Shown here piece after piece: positions 1 to 15,000 of a DNA stretch of 64,000 bases; the first letter of the stretch is position 1, and each line of letters opens with the position of its first letter. Both the position numbers and the translations under genes were made by a program. Origin of the DNA: Syntrophales bacterium. Lineage in GTDB: Bacteria > Desulfobacterota > Syntrophia > Syntrophales > UBA2210. The stretch lies in contig CAXXNF010000002.1 in the NCBI GenBank assembly GCA_963666365.2, forward strand, positions 32,001 through 96,000, in the 5' to 3' direction. Below the pieces are notes generated by a model. It was not told the DNA's origin. It saw only the letters and a program-made list of their open reading frames with translations, and ran no database searches.

Positions 1-3000
1 CGGTTACCACCACCGATGCGTCGGTGGGGGGGGGAGATACGCTTACAGGGGATGGAGGCGACGACCTGATCTGGGGACAGGCCGGCGGCGATACCCTGTA
101 CGGCAATGACGGCAACGACATCCTCTTCGGTGACCGCGGAGTGGTGACCTTCAGTGCCGGCGTGGCGCTCAGGATAGAAACGCTCGATACCGCAAACGGC
201 GGTAACGATACAATATACGGTGGTAATGGCAATGATGCGGCTTTTGGCGGGGCAGGCGCCGATACCCTCCAGGGAGAGAGCGGCAACGACATTATTCTCG
301 GCGATCATGGCGTAGTGGTCCGGGCCGACGGATCGGCTGCCGCACAGGATGTCTATACCACCGACCCGACTACGGGCGGTGCCGATACAATCAGCGGAGG
401 CGAGGGCAACAACATCGTAATCGGCGGTCCCGCCGGCGACACTCTTTCGACCGGTTCCGGCAGCGACATCGTTATCGGTGACAGCGGCTATGTGGTTCGC
501 AATGCCGGCTCCGTGGCTGAAAGAATCTATGCATCTTATCTGCCCGGTACCGGCGATTACGATGCGGGAGGCAACGACACCATCACCATCGCCGGCGGAG
601 CCAATAATGTCATCGGCGGTGTGGGTAACGATACCATTACCACCGGCACCGGTCTGGACGTGATCCTGGGCGACAACGGTACCATCGGTTTGGGAGATAC
701 GGCGCTGGGCGACGAAAAATACAACGTCGTTACCTCCGATTACGCCAACGGCGGGACCGACACCATCAATGCGGGCGACGGAAACAATATCGTCCTCGGC
801 GGCTCCTATAGTGATTCCATTACGACCGGCAACGGCTGGGATCTGATTCTCGGCGACAACGGAAAGGTGGTGCGCGGTTCCGACTATGTGCCCAGTGTGA
901 TCGAGAGCCTTACCGGCGACATTTATGGCGGCAACGATGCGCTCATCGATGGCGGTGAAGGCGACGACACGATCATCGGTGGAAACGGTGACGATACCAT
1001 CCGCGGCGGCAACGGCGACGACCTGCTGATCGGCGACAACGGGAGGGCTGTGCCGGGTGAGGCATCATCCATCGATGTGGCTTCGGGTGGGTCGGATACA
1101 ATAGATGGCGGTGCGGGACGCGACCGGATTATCGGCGGCATGGCCGGTGAGGCATCCCTCAAGGGCGGCAGCGAAGGCGACTACATCCTGGGCGACAACG
1201 GCGCCATTCTTTCCACGGCAACGACCTTCGCCGATGCGGGGACCGTGTACCGGGTCACTTCAGAATCGCCCGCCTCCGGCGGCAGTGAAACACTGATCGA
1301 CGGCGAGGGCGGAAACGACATCATCATCGGAGGTAGTGCCGGCGATGACACTCTGACCGGTGGTGACGGCGACGATCTGATCGTTGGTGACAACGCCACC
1401 GTGTATACCGGCGAAGATACGGGAGCTCTAATTTGGGTGGAGTCGACATATACGAATTACGGCGGCGGTGAAACGATAATCTCCGGCGGTCCGGGGAACG
1501 ATATCGTCATCGGCGGTCTGGGCAATGACACTATCGACGGCGGCGACGGCCACAATGTCGTTCTGGGAGACCACGGATTCGTGATCGCCGGCGGCGAGAT
1601 CGTTTCGACTGCGCCCGAGCATGCCGGTCAGGATGAAATCAGCACCGGTGCCGGTGACGATATCATTATAGGCGGCTCCGACGCCGACACCCCGATTACG
1701 AGCGGTGCCGGCAACGATATCATTCTTGGCGATAACGGCTGGGTGGGCCGTACGGACGGGATCATCTCGGGGATCGTTTCAGGGGTCTATCTGAGCGAAA
1801 ACACACTGGTGCAGACCGGCACGCGAGGCGGGAGCGATGCGAGCATCGATGCAGGAGCCGGTGACGACATAGTTATCGGAGGCAAGGGGAACGAAACCGT
1901 TACGGCCGGTACGGGGGACGATATTGTCATTGGCGACAACGGCGTGGTGGGCCGGGGCTTTAAAGCGGGCGTGGCAACCGCCGACGAATGGGGTATTGAC
2001 CGGATACTCTGGGACGGTATCGGTAATTACGCTCAGACGGCCAGCGTCGATCCGGAGACCGTGGCGCCGACGCACACCTGGTCCGCTGACGAGGCCTTCT
2101 ACGGGATTGCCACCACCTATGACGAATACAACGGTGTCGAAACAATTTACGGCAATGACGGCGAGGATATTCTCTTCGGCGGGTCTCTCGGCGATACGCT
2201 GATTTCAGGCGGTACGGGCCGCGACATCATTGTCGGCGACAACGGCGCGATGGAGCGCCGGCCCTCGGCCGCGGATGTAGGAAGCATTTCCCGAGCCTAT
2301 TTCGATGCCGACGGAGCCTTGCAGACCGGACTGCTCACACCGGTATGGTTCGCCTCAAAGGAAGGCGATCTGTACGGGGGAGGGGAAGCGAAGATCGACG
2401 GCGGGTACGACGGCGACTTCATCATTGGCGGGATAGGGAGCGACAGCCTGATCGAAGGCGGTCTCGCCGATGATGTGATCTTCGGCGACAACGGCGCCGT
2501 GGCCCGGGCAGACGGCTCGGTGCGGGCCAACGATTTCTGGTCTACAGATCCATCTCATGGCGGTGTGGAAACGATCCGCGGTGGCGACGGCGCTGATATC
2601 ATCATCGGTGGCTCAGAGAACGATTATGCCGTGACCGCGCCGGGTACAGTGGGTGACATCCTCTCCGGCGACGGGGGCGACGACATCATTATTGGTGACA
2701 ACGGCTACATCACCCGCAGTGACGCCGATGTGGTGGAGCGTATCCGCACACGGAGCCTTGAGAACAGCGTCAACTACCCACGCTTCGGCGGCAACGACAC
2801 CATCGATGTCGGAGCGGCGGGTATCGGCAATTATACCAGCTTCCCGACGGAGAACCGAGGCAGCGACATCATCATCGGCGGTACCGGCGACGATACCGTC
2901 GACGGCGGCTGGGAAGACATCACCGATACGATCATCGGCGACAACGGTGTGGTAGTGCGTACCGATCCGGCCGCCGGAACGAATCCTGACGGATCGAGCG

Positions 3001-6000
3001 TGTCAACCGACATCTGGACCCTTGATCCCGCCTACGGCGGCAAGGACACCCTTTACGGCGGGGCCGGCAATGACATCATCATCGGCGGCACAGGATACGC
3101 CGATGCCTATGGTGTCGGCGGCGACGTGATCTATGGCGGGACAGGGAATGATCATATCGCCGGCGACGGTGCCCGCGTCCAGCGCAACGCTACAGACGGG
3201 ATCGAGATCTTCGAAAGCCGCGATGCGGCCTACGGCGGCGATGACCGGATCGACCGGGAAGGCATGGGCCGCGATGTGCATGCCAAAGGTTCCGATGTAG
3301 TCCTCGGCGGTACCGGCCATGACATCATTCATGGCGGCCGCACCGATGACGGCGCCGAGATCATTTTCGGCGATAACGGCCGCGTTGATTATACCCAGGT
3401 GCGCACGGTATCGGTGGAACAGCACCTGCCGAACGAGCTCTACCTGACAGCGAACCTCGAATCCCTCGAACTTGATTGGGACAACACCGACGTTTCCTTC
3501 ATGGGCGGCGACGACACCATCGACGGCGGCTACGGCAACGATATCGTCTTCGGCGGACCCGAAGAAGACACCATTACCGGCTACTACGGCCTCGATGTCC
3601 TGATCGGCGACCACGGGGCGGCGGAGCACAACTCCCTCAACCAGCTTTCCATGGTCTGGACGACCCTGCCCTGGGGCGGCGGCAACGACACCATCACCGG
3701 CGACACCGGCCACGATGTCCTCTTCGGTGGAGCGGGGAACGATCTGATTTACGGCAACGACGGAGACGAAGTGATCTTCGGCGACAACGGAACGGTGGTT
3801 CGCTTCAGAGAATCCGCCCGTGACAACGATCTCTACTCTACCTTCCCGGCCTTCGGCGGTATCGATACGCTCTTCGGCGGCGAAGGAAATGACACCATTT
3901 TCGGCGGTTCCGGAGGGGACGATCAGGCCACCGACCAGGTGCCCTCAGGTACGGTGACGGTCGACAGCAACGGCTATCTGACCCGCGCCGGCGGCCTGGC
4001 GGCAAACGGCGATATCATCTATGGCGACGTAGCCGATTCATCGATTCAGGGGTATGACGAATTTCTCTTCGGCGACAGCGGCTATATGGACCGGGATCTT
4101 TCCGGCACGATCCTGGAGGTCTATTCGCGGTCTTGGGCCCTCTCCCTTGACGGGATGGTGACGCTGCGTGCCGACCGTGCCTCGGATGTGACGGCATCGG
4201 GTACTTTCGAAATTACGCTCAACGGCACAACCCATAGCCTGACTTTCGACGGAAGCGGGAACGCGACTCTGGCCGACTTGGTGATCGATCTGAACAACGC
4301 CATCTTGGCCGCCAGCCCCGCTCCGGGTGAAGGTCTGGACGCCGAGCTCGATGCTTCCAGTGAGAGCGGCTATCTGACCTTTGTGGGGGCTTCCGACCTC
4401 GGCGTGTACACCATCGAAGTGGTTGATTCGGCGCTGGTCCAGGCGCTCGGATTCGTCCAGCGGCAACTGGCAAGCGTGGATTACCCGAACCTGGGCGGAA
4501 ACGACGCCATCGATTTCGCCGTGGGCAACAAGGGCGCCGAGGTGATCATCGGCGGCTTCGGCCACGATCTGATGCATGGCGGCCTTTTCGACACCTCTAC
4601 CGATCTGATCATCGGCGACAACGGCGTGGCCACCCGCATCCAGGGACAGTTCATTCTGGCCGGAGCGCGTTCCACCGATGCAGGCTCCGGCGGCAGCGAC
4701 GATATCAACGGCGGCCCCGGCTACGACATCCTCCTCGGCGGCCCCGGCGACGACCTGATCATCGGCCACGACGGCGACGATTACCTCTGGGGAGACGGCG
4801 GGCGCGACCTCATTTGGGGCGGCGTGGCCGGGGCGGACGAGAGCAACTTCCGCCTGGCCGAAGGGGAGTCAGCCGCCGATAAATTCGACTATGCGCCGGG
4901 ATATCTCGATGCCGAACTCGATTATCCCACCGGCTACGAGGCGCCTTTAATCACTCCCAAGATCTTCAACGGTCTATCCTGGGACGGCCATGTGACCGAC
5001 GGCGCCGATACGATCCGCGGCGGCTACGGCGATGACTGGATCTTCGGCGGCGGCGACGCCGACGATCTGGACGGCGGTCCGGGCAGCGACTATGTGGACG
5101 GCGGCGTGGGCAGCGATACGGCCACCGGCGGCGGCGGCGATGACGTGGTGCGCGGTGGCGCGAACGATGATTCACTCCGGGGCGATTTCCCCTTCCTCGG
5201 ACGCTACGATTCGATTTCCACATACCTCAAGGTGGGAGACACGGGGACCCCGGCGCAACCCGATGAGTACTTCGCCTATCGCGGATACGTCACCGGCCGC
5301 GACCAGGTCTACGGCGAGGCGGGAAGCGAGCGTTTATTCGGCGATGGCGGGGCGAGCGATCCGATCGTCTTCACCGGAGACAGCGTAAGTGCCCTTACCG
5401 CAGCCAAGACCGAGAACCCGGACAAGGGCTATCCCGCGTCGGTCTTCTCTTTCGCCGGCGCCAACAACGACCTGGAATTCAGGGCCGTCAGCGCCACCGC
5501 ACAGTACATGGGCTGGACGATTCGAATCGTTTCGGGCGAAATTGGTTGTGATATCGAGGTCTCCTGGTCTATCGGGGCCAAGACCTTCACCGTGGTGGTG
5601 GACAAGGGCGCCCATAACGCCAACGACGTGATCGATGCAGTCGTCGATACACCCAGTTCGCCCTTCCTGGCATACGGGACCTACAATAACGGCGACAGCG
5701 ACTATGCCGACGGCGAGGGCAGTCAGGCCGGCCAGCGGCTCTGGGGCGGCGAGGGGATCGATTACCTCTACGCCTACGCGCCCGATGACGGGGACGAGCA
5801 GTACACCTACAGGGGCGATGAGCTGCACGGCGGTCCGGGCAACGACTTCCTCTACGGGAATGTGCGCAAAGACACCCTGCTCGGCGAAGGCGGCAGCGAC
5901 TTCCTCGCCGGTGATTGGCTGGTGGGCCGCAAATATGCACAGAACCAGCGTGAAGCCCCCTACGGTCCGGCCGAGATCGGCGGCGATGACCTGCTCCAGG

Positions 6001-9000
6001 GAGGTCCCGGCGAAGACCAGCTCTACGGCGGCGGCGGGAACGATACGCTGTGGGGCGGGGCGGATTCCGACTGGCTGGAAGGCCAGAACGGGATCGACAC
6101 GTTATATGGCGGCGGGTGGATCGACACCATGGTCATGGATGTCCGTGACACCTATAATGTCTTCGGCGACAATATAAACGGACACTACGGTAACCAGCGG
6201 AAGGGCGACGTCTACGACGACAACGCGACGGATATTCTGCTGATCGAGGCTTCCGACTTCGACGACGAGATCTGGATTTCCGAGGAGACGGTTCTCCTGA
6301 GCGACAATCCCTACGCCGTGAAGGAAGCGAATTTCGGTTTCGAACAGACCTTCGATCTGACACTCAAGGCGAGCGCCACGGCCGCTCTGGTGACGGTGAA
6401 CCTGACCATTTCCAGCAACGGCAACCTTGACACCCTTGTGAGCAGATTCAACGACGCCTTCGAGAGCTCACCTCAGTTGACCGGCAAGGTCGAGGCGGTC
6501 AAACGCGGTTATACCATCGCCATACTGACACGAGGAATGGGCCGGGCGGCAACGCTTACCATCGCCCACTTTACCGCAAAGGGCGATAACGGTCTTGCCG
6601 ACCTCGGGTTCAGCGACGGTCAGGAGAGCGTTGGTCAGATGGTGGTGGACTACACAGGCTATTCCGGATACGAAGAGAAGGTGGTTCACCGGGTGCTCCT
6701 AGGCGGATGGCGCGGTGACGACGGGAAGCCCATGGTGGAGCAGTTCAGAATATCCGGTCTGGGAGGCGATGACAGGATCGGCTTTGTCGAAGGGACCAAC
6801 GCCCTTGATGCCTCCGCCCTGAGTGCGCGCAGTCGAGACTGGGTCGGCGTGATCGACGGTGGTCCCGGCAATGATATCCTGAGCGGCAGCAGCGCCCGCG
6901 ACCGTATCGACGGCGGCTTCGGCTCCGACACCATCTACGGGTACGGTGGCGACGACCAGCTCTGGGGTGACGGCGGTCCCGGAATGGGTCTGCCCGACGA
7001 CGTGGACCGCATCTACGCCGGCCAGGGAAACGACGACGTGCTGGGCGGCCAGGGGCGCAATTACCTCTATGCATGGTCCAAAGATCCCAATATCGGCGGC
7101 ATCAATGACACCGCCGTGACGGAACTGCACTTCCGGGACGGCAGCCGAAGCGAAGGTGACCGTCTTTACGGCAGGTGAGGACAGGGTCCGGATTGAGGCA
7201 ACCGCCGACGCCCCGGTGACAGGACAGCTTTCCGCCGACGCCCACTTCAGTCTGCTCATCGGCGAAGGGACGCTGCCGATCAATGTGACCGTGACGAAGT
7301 ACGCCACCAGCGACAATCTGACCATATCCCATCTGCTGGACGACATCGAAGCGGCCATCGCGGAGGCGACCTTCGACGACGGTTCCGACGCGCACCTGGA
7401 CGAGAAGGTCACGGTGAGCCGTTCCGGCAACGTGATCACCCTGACGACGAAGGGGACGCTGCTGACGGTGATTCCCGGATCGGGCGATCCGGCGCGCACC
7501 GAACTCGATTTCGAAATTCGGAACCGATTTGCGGTGACGAGTCTGATCGACTCTCAAGACGCCGTTTGAGATTCTCTATGCCCTGGATGCACCGGCCGAG
7601 CTTCAAGCTGATCTACGAGCCGGATGATGCCAATCTCTTGACCGACCTGCACTGGATCAACGCCGCGCTGCCGGTCATGCTCAATAACGGCGCGGTCACC
7701 ATACGTGGTCTATGTATCCGCCGAGGCCACCCAGGACAACACCGAGCATCGCGGACCTGGTGGCCGACATCAACGCCGCCCTGGCAGCATACGGCCTCGC
7801 CGACCGGGTGATCGCCGGGCTCCGCCGCGGTGGACGATCGACATGGTGTGCAGAAGACCGTTCTCCACCCTGGCCTCCCGGATCGTCTCGATCAAGGTGG
7901 TCAGCCACTTCGGGGTGTACGTGGATCCTGCGATACCGGCGCCCTGCGCGACAACGACGGCGGCGGGATTTACTCAGGAAGAGGACACCGGGTCTCAACC
8001 GCATTCTCGGCGGTCCCATGGGGATGACGATCTTTACGGCGGCACCGGGCTCGACTTCCTTTACGGCCGGGACGGGAACAACACCCTCTGGCGGGCGGAC
8101 GGCACCTCCTTCGATACCCTCGACGGCGGGCTCGCCGGTGATGCCTGGAAAGAATATGCCAAAGCGAATCCGACAAGGTCTGGTACTACCGGGGGACCAA
8201 CGCAGACGATGTGATCTCGGTCGATTTCGTCACCGAGCCGGGCGTGCTTTGGCCGGACAGCATCTGATCACGCGCCTGACCAACAACAACGGCAACTACA
8301 CCTTCGATGCCGCGGTGAAGCTGAGTTTAAACGCCACCAACGCTGCGGGCGAGTTGATCTGGAACACCAACGACAGCCTGCCGGCCGATGACGATTACCT
8401 GGTCATCATCATCGATTGTCATGAACGGCGACGACAGTGGTGACCATCGGTCCCACGGTGCAAAAGACCGTCTGGACCGACGGCGGATACGGCGACGACC
8501 GTGGTGGAGACCATGTCCGGAATCGCCATTCTTCCGGACAAAACCGAAGGCACCACGCGCAACGATACCATTGAGACGGCTTACAATCTGGGTCGGGCCT
8601 GGCTGATGGCCTCCGATTATCCGGCGGACGATGAGCGCTTCTCCCTGAGCACCACTTGCCGACGGCGCCGATCCGGCCTTCAGCAATCTTTGTCAACGGG
8701 AATGTGGACCCGGTGCCAGTCATGGTCGACCGGCACCGCATGACAACCAGACCGTCTGCCGATTTGATCGCGGATCTCAACCGGGCGACTGAAAACCGCG
8801 GGCCTGGACAGCGATCTGGTGGCGGTGAGCCTGGGCGGCCGGGTCGCCATCGGGCCCACCGCTGTCGAGTTCAGCGTGACGGGCGCTCCAGATCGGCGCC
8901 TACGAAGACCAGCGTCACCACGGTCGAGGAGCTTGGTTTTACGGCCGACGCGGTGATCGGCCTGGCCGTACTCAAGGCCGGCGGCCGACCCGCGGTGAGT

Positions 9001-12000
9001 CTGGCGGCCGAATCGGCCGCTGCACGGCCACGGCGATTGCCGATGCCGACGGTACCTTCATTCTCACCATCGACGGCACGGCCTACCCGGTCACAGTGGT
9101 AACCGGAACCGCCGGCAACACCACCCGGCAGAACCTGGTGGACGACCTCAACGCCGCCGTTTACGGCTGCCCTTCCTGGACGGACTGGTGGTGGCGCAGT
9201 CGAAACACGCCCAGGGAAAAATCGAATTCAAACCGGCCAGATGGCGTGGACGATCGACAGCATCGCGGTGGACGGTTCGCACGAAGTCGTAACCAAGGTC
9301 GGGTTTGCGGCTCAGCAGTCGGCCCATTACACGCGTTTGACCGACGGATTCGGTCTTCCGGGTGAGCGTCAACGGCGACGGACCTATGTCCAGGTGACGG
9401 TCGCGGCGGACAGTACTGCGGACAACCAGAGCCTTGCCGATCTGGCGGCCGACTATCAATACGCTGCCTTCGCGGCGGCGGATCGGTCGATCACCTGATC
9501 CGCGCCATGGTGAGCGGCGGGGTCAATTTGGTTTATCACGGTGGAAGGCGGCTCGCGGGCTTCCATCGCCCTGGATGCGGGAGAAGGCGACCCGTTGGTG
9601 CAAAAGATCGGGTTTGTCCGTTGACGGGATCCGCCGGATCGGCCCTGCTCCTCAACCAGAACCTGACCCTAGAAAACCTCACCATCGACAATGCCGACGA
9701 TGTCGATTGGTACAGTTTCATCCTGTCGCCCGATCCCCGGGGCCGAACGCTGAAATAAAACTCAGCAGCGCCTCCGATCTTGACGGACTCGGCCTGGCCC
9801 TGTTCCCGGCCGACGGCGGCGGACAGCTGATAGAGGAAGACAAGATCGACATCGGCGGCGGAAACGAGACGGCCGAAACGGCCTATCTGATCGAGAACAT
9901 CGCCGATGTGGCGGCCGTCACCGGCCTGAGCATCTATACGGCTGAGGATATAGACTGGTTCAAATTCACCATGAAGGACAACGGAACGGCTTCCGATACC
10001 TTTGAGCTGGAAAAGACCCGCGGCGACGGGATCATTACCATTCAGCTCTTTGCGGCTGACGGACCACCCCGCTATATAAAATAGACGGCACAACGCTACT
10101 TGTGGGCACAACCTCCACGGACGATCATGTGGTGCTCGATCTCGATTCATTGACCGCCGGTGCGGAGGGGACGGATTACCTGGTGAAGATCACCGCCGAC
10201 GCACAGGCCGCCTACAGTCTCTATCCCCACATCGGCGACGCCGGCGAAACCGTGATCGATCTGAGCCGATCCGCCGTGCTGTCCATCAATCCGGACCGCG
10301 TGGACATGGAAGGGGGCAACGAGACCGCCGCCGATGCCTACCGGATCGCCGATATCGAGGGCATCAGCAAGATCTACGGTCTGACCATCGATACCACCGC
10401 CGATGTGGACTGGTTCGTTTTCACGATGGGTGAGGACGGCACCAAGGCCGATACATTCAGCCTGCTGCGCACCAACAGCGAAAGCGCAATAATTACCTTC
10501 AGCCTCTACGATGCCGACGGCAACAGGCTGCTGACCTCCGGTGGCGACGTGGTGACCATCGACGGTGGGGCCTATCCGGCTTCAGCTTATAAGTATACAG
10601 GAAAGACCAGCGCCACCGAAGCCTACGTAAAACTGAGTCTGGAAGGGCTTGCCAAGGGCGACTATACGATAGAAGTGACCGCCGACGAGCCGACCTATTA
10701 TGAACTGTACCCGAATATCGGGGCAAAGGGTTACACGCTGAAAGACCTTGCCGGCAAGTCGTCCAGCGGCATCAGCCTGTCCACCCTTGAGGCGGGCACG
10801 GCCTATATGCTGCGGGTGACCTCGCCCAACCTGGTGCCCACCATCTATGATCTGGAGTTTGTACTGACCGCCGGCGAGGATGCCAATGTACAGGATATGG
10901 CGCAGCGCACCGATGCGGTCCGCAAGGACGTGATCATGGGCGGCCCGGGCAATGACGTGCTCATGGGCGGCATGGGTGAAGACTGGATCTTCGGCGGTCC
11001 GGGCAATGACGTGCTCTGCGGCGGTTTCGACCGCCAGGCGCCTGATCTGCTCTTCGGCGAGGACGGCAACGACACCTTCCAGCTCATTCCCGATGCGCTG
11101 CCGCTTATGGAAGGGTCCGATCAGACCTACGTGCCCACCTTCGTGGATACCATGTACGGCGGCGACGGCGTGGACAGGGTGCTCTTCCTGGGCGGCGACA
11201 CCGACAATCTGGGACTGGACGTGCCCGACTATGTGTCCCTGCGCTACAACAGGATACTGCACCGCTACGAGCTGACCGCCCTTGTCTGGGATAAGGCCAA
11301 TCAGGAATTCATGACCGAGGTGGTGCCCGGTGCCGTGATCGTGGCCAAGGATGCGCCCAAGGAATCGGCCGGCGGATCGTCGGCCTATGACGGGCGGCTC
11401 GCCGAGGATATCATCTTCGATATAATTCTCGATAACGTGACCTATACCGTAACCGTGCCGCACGCCCTGGGCGACGGCATCGTGACGGCGGCAAACGCAC
11501 CGCAGATAGCGGCAAATAATATTACGGCGGTCAATTTGCCGACCTTTGCAAGCGAGGACTACACCGAGACCTTCACGGTCCAGGTAAACGACACCAGTCC
11601 CGTCGGCATAGGGGTCTATACGAGCCAGATCAGCACAATTGCCCAGATGGTAACCGCTCTGAACGATGCCATCGCATCGACGAGCCTTAATGGGAAGATT
11701 TCCGCCGCCGCCGTATCAACCACCGATGGAAGGCTGAAGATAACGGTAATAGATTCAAATGACATCGTGGTCATCTCCGACGGCAATTCGGACGGCGACT
11801 TGAGCTATTTCGGTTTCGAGTTCAACGGTCTGCAGGTGGCGATTGGCGATCACTCACCGGTCCAGGTGAACGTCAACGGTCTTACCAACGACATTGAAGC
11901 GCTGGCGGGGCTGGTCAACGAGGCGATCCGTTCGACGACGCTGACCGGCAAGGTGACGATGACCAAGGATGCCGGGGGCACGAAACTGGTGCTTCAGCCC

Positions 12001-15000
12001 GTCGGCATCCTTGACGGCACTGCGATCGAGATGGTCGAGGCGTCCGGCGAGACCAATCTTGCCTTCTTCGGCTTTACTGACGGCCAGAGCGCCCAAGTGA
12101 ACAATTCCGTGGCCGATCTGGCTAAGGACATTGTCGAGGCACTGCGCACGGCCGACAAGAGTGGTACGACCGAAGACATCAGCGACCGGATCAACGTGGG
12201 CGCCTCCGGCGGGCGGCTCATTATACAGACCTCAGAGATTGCGAAAGATTCAACGCTCAAGGTGTCCGGTGCCGGCGAAACCACACTCGGCTTTACTGCT
12301 GACCAGCTTCCCGAACCCCAGAAGGTGATCTACACCCAGACCTACATCTTCTATCAAACCCACCAGGTGGAGCAGACGGTAATCGACGTACAGGGCGGCG
12401 ATGATGTGGTGCGGGGCGATGCGGGCTTTACCTTCCCCAACGTGGAAAGTGAGTGGGGAATCGATCCGGGCGACGTGGAACAGAACGGTGAAATTTCCCG
12501 CCTGATTATCTACGGCGGCGACGGCAACGATCATCTCTATGGCGGTGCATACGACGACGAAATTTACGGCGGCGACGGCATCGACTTTATCGCCGGCGGC
12601 GGCGGTTCGGACTATCTGGACGGCGGCCCCGGACAAGATCTGCTTGCAGGCGATACCACCACGGCGCCCGACGACTATGAACTGGTGGAGAGGATCGGCG
12701 AAGTGGCGACCAACGACCAACCGGCCTACGCCGCCGTGCTGCCTGCCATCACCCGGGGCCTCGAAATCGACGGATTGACTCTCCATGAGGGGGATGCGGC
12801 CGACTGGTATCTGATCGAGACGCCCGATGCCCTCAGGAGCTTCGGTTCCGCCCACGCGGCCCAGCTCATAATGGACATGATCTCCGTGGTCTTTGACGAG
12901 CCGAATATGCAGGCGCTCTATGACAGCTTCCCGCTGACGGGGAGCTACCTCTTTGCGGCAGGCAATGTGGGCTCCAGTGGAGAGCTGGAAATCGTGCCGG
13001 TTGAAAAATATTCCGGCGTGCCTGACTACTATGTGCTCAAGATCGAAAACGTGCGCTCCTTCAGCGTGACGGCGATCAATGCGGTGGTGACCCTGGGACG
13101 TCTCAGCGCCGATGCGACATTCAACATCAGTATCGACGGCGGCGATCCGGTGGCAGTGACCGTATCGAAGGCATCTACCGATGCCAATGTGGATATCGAC
13201 AATCTTATCGCGGATGTAAATACCGCTCTGACCGGTGCAGGATTAAGTGCAACCGTAAAGGCGGAAAAAGTGTCCATTGCCACGGGCTTCCGCATCAGCC
13301 TGACCGGCGCCTACGGCATGACCATTGAAATAAGTTACGCCGATGACAACGCCGCCTCCGAACTGGGTTTTGTCAGCGGACAGAGCAACTCCGGCCGTGC
13401 ACCGGCCATGGGCCGCTACAAGCTGGTGTTCTCAAAAGAACTGCTCGGGACAGCCATCGATGTGGCAGGTGCCGACGCCGACGTGCAGATTTCCATCGGA
13501 GACCCCTCGTACCGTCCGGCGGCGATACCACTTGGCGACATCAATGGTGACGGTTACGACGATTACATTGCCGCCGTGAAAGACAACCTCACTGGCAGCG
13601 GTTTCAGCTATGCCCGCGTGGTCTTCGGTTCGGCGGCCGGCACCGACTTTGCCCTTGAAGCGGCCGGGGGATTTATCCTCAAACTGACGGCGCCGGTACT
13701 CTATCCGACCTCCACCACCCAGGCGCAGTCTTTCTTTGCAAAACCGGGCGATTATAACGGCGACGGAAAAGATGACATCATTGTCAGTGTCACCACCCCC
13801 ACCGGCGCCACAGTGACCGGGCTCGAACAGGCCGTCTATCTCATCTTCGGGGCCGTTACCTGGGCTGATGAGTTCGATGTGTACGGTCAGGCGGACGTGC
13901 GGATCGTCGGCACCGCCGGTGCAGGCGCCCTGCGCGGATCGAGCGCCGGCAACGTAAACGGCGATGCCTATGGTGATTTCCTCGTGACCCAGGGGAGCAG
14001 CGCCTATCTGTTCTATGGAAAGGCAAAGGCCATTTGGGAAACGGAAACAGGCGAACTTCTGAACGAAGACTTCACCAGTGGTTTAGGTGGATTTTCACGA
14101 GATACCATCGATGCTGCAAACCTGTGGCACCTCACCGTTCTGCGGTCCGGCGATCCCAACCACTCTGCGGGGCAGAGCCTCTACTACGGACTTGACAGCA
14201 CCCAGACCTACAACTACATCGACAGCGTCAGCGGACTGCCCGAACAGACCCTCGGGACCGTTACGTCAGCGGAGACAAGTCTTTCCGGGTACACCACGGC
14301 CACGCTGTCATTTAAATACTACCTGGAAACAGAAGGGCGGCCGGAGAGTTATGACCAGGTCAAGGTTGTTGTGCTGAGTACCTCTGACAACTGGGATACC
14401 CAAACCGTGACCATCGTCGCCTCCAACGACTCCGCCCTGGCCGACACGGTGCTCTCCGATCCCAGTTCCGCCTGGAAGTCGGCCAGTGTCGACCTCACCG
14501 ACTTCGCCGGAAAGAAGATCAAAATCCGTTTTGCCTTCGACTCCATTGATGAGGTGGAAAACCAGTACGAAGGCTGGTATGTGGATGATGTGCGGATCGT
14601 GGCGCCCACGTCCGTCTCCGGTGCAAACGCCACGTTCACTGTTGCTGCAGGGTTTGTGTCCGCCGCCGGCATCGGCGACTACAACGGCGACGGCTTTGAT
14701 GATCTCGCCTTCCTGAATGCGGCAGGTAATGTGTATCTATACTATGGTGCAACAGGCGCCACTCCCTTCGCGGGTCCCATCGCCGTGCCGGCCTCCGACC
14801 CCGACCTGACCCTCGCCACCGGCATTGTGGGGACACTGACCCCGCTGGGTAATGTGAACGGTGATGTCAGCGGCGATTATGCGATTGATGACTTCGTGGT
14901 AAACGGTGCGGGTATGTCCTGGATCGTCCTGGGCGGCATGGGCCTCGATGCTGATCTGAAAATAATTTCCACCCGCTACTTTATCAATGTCGGCGACATC

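Noticed and set aside
7145..10101. Programmed ribosomal frameshifting or a cluster of small genes
   Set aside because: There are too many irregular shifts, no consistent slippery motif, and the fragments are pieces of the same modules found in the flanks.
10102..10104. Independent start of a 7424-aa gene
   Set aside because: The GTG lies inside a PPC-like domain that begins upstream in another frame, with no promoter-like or intergenic DNA.
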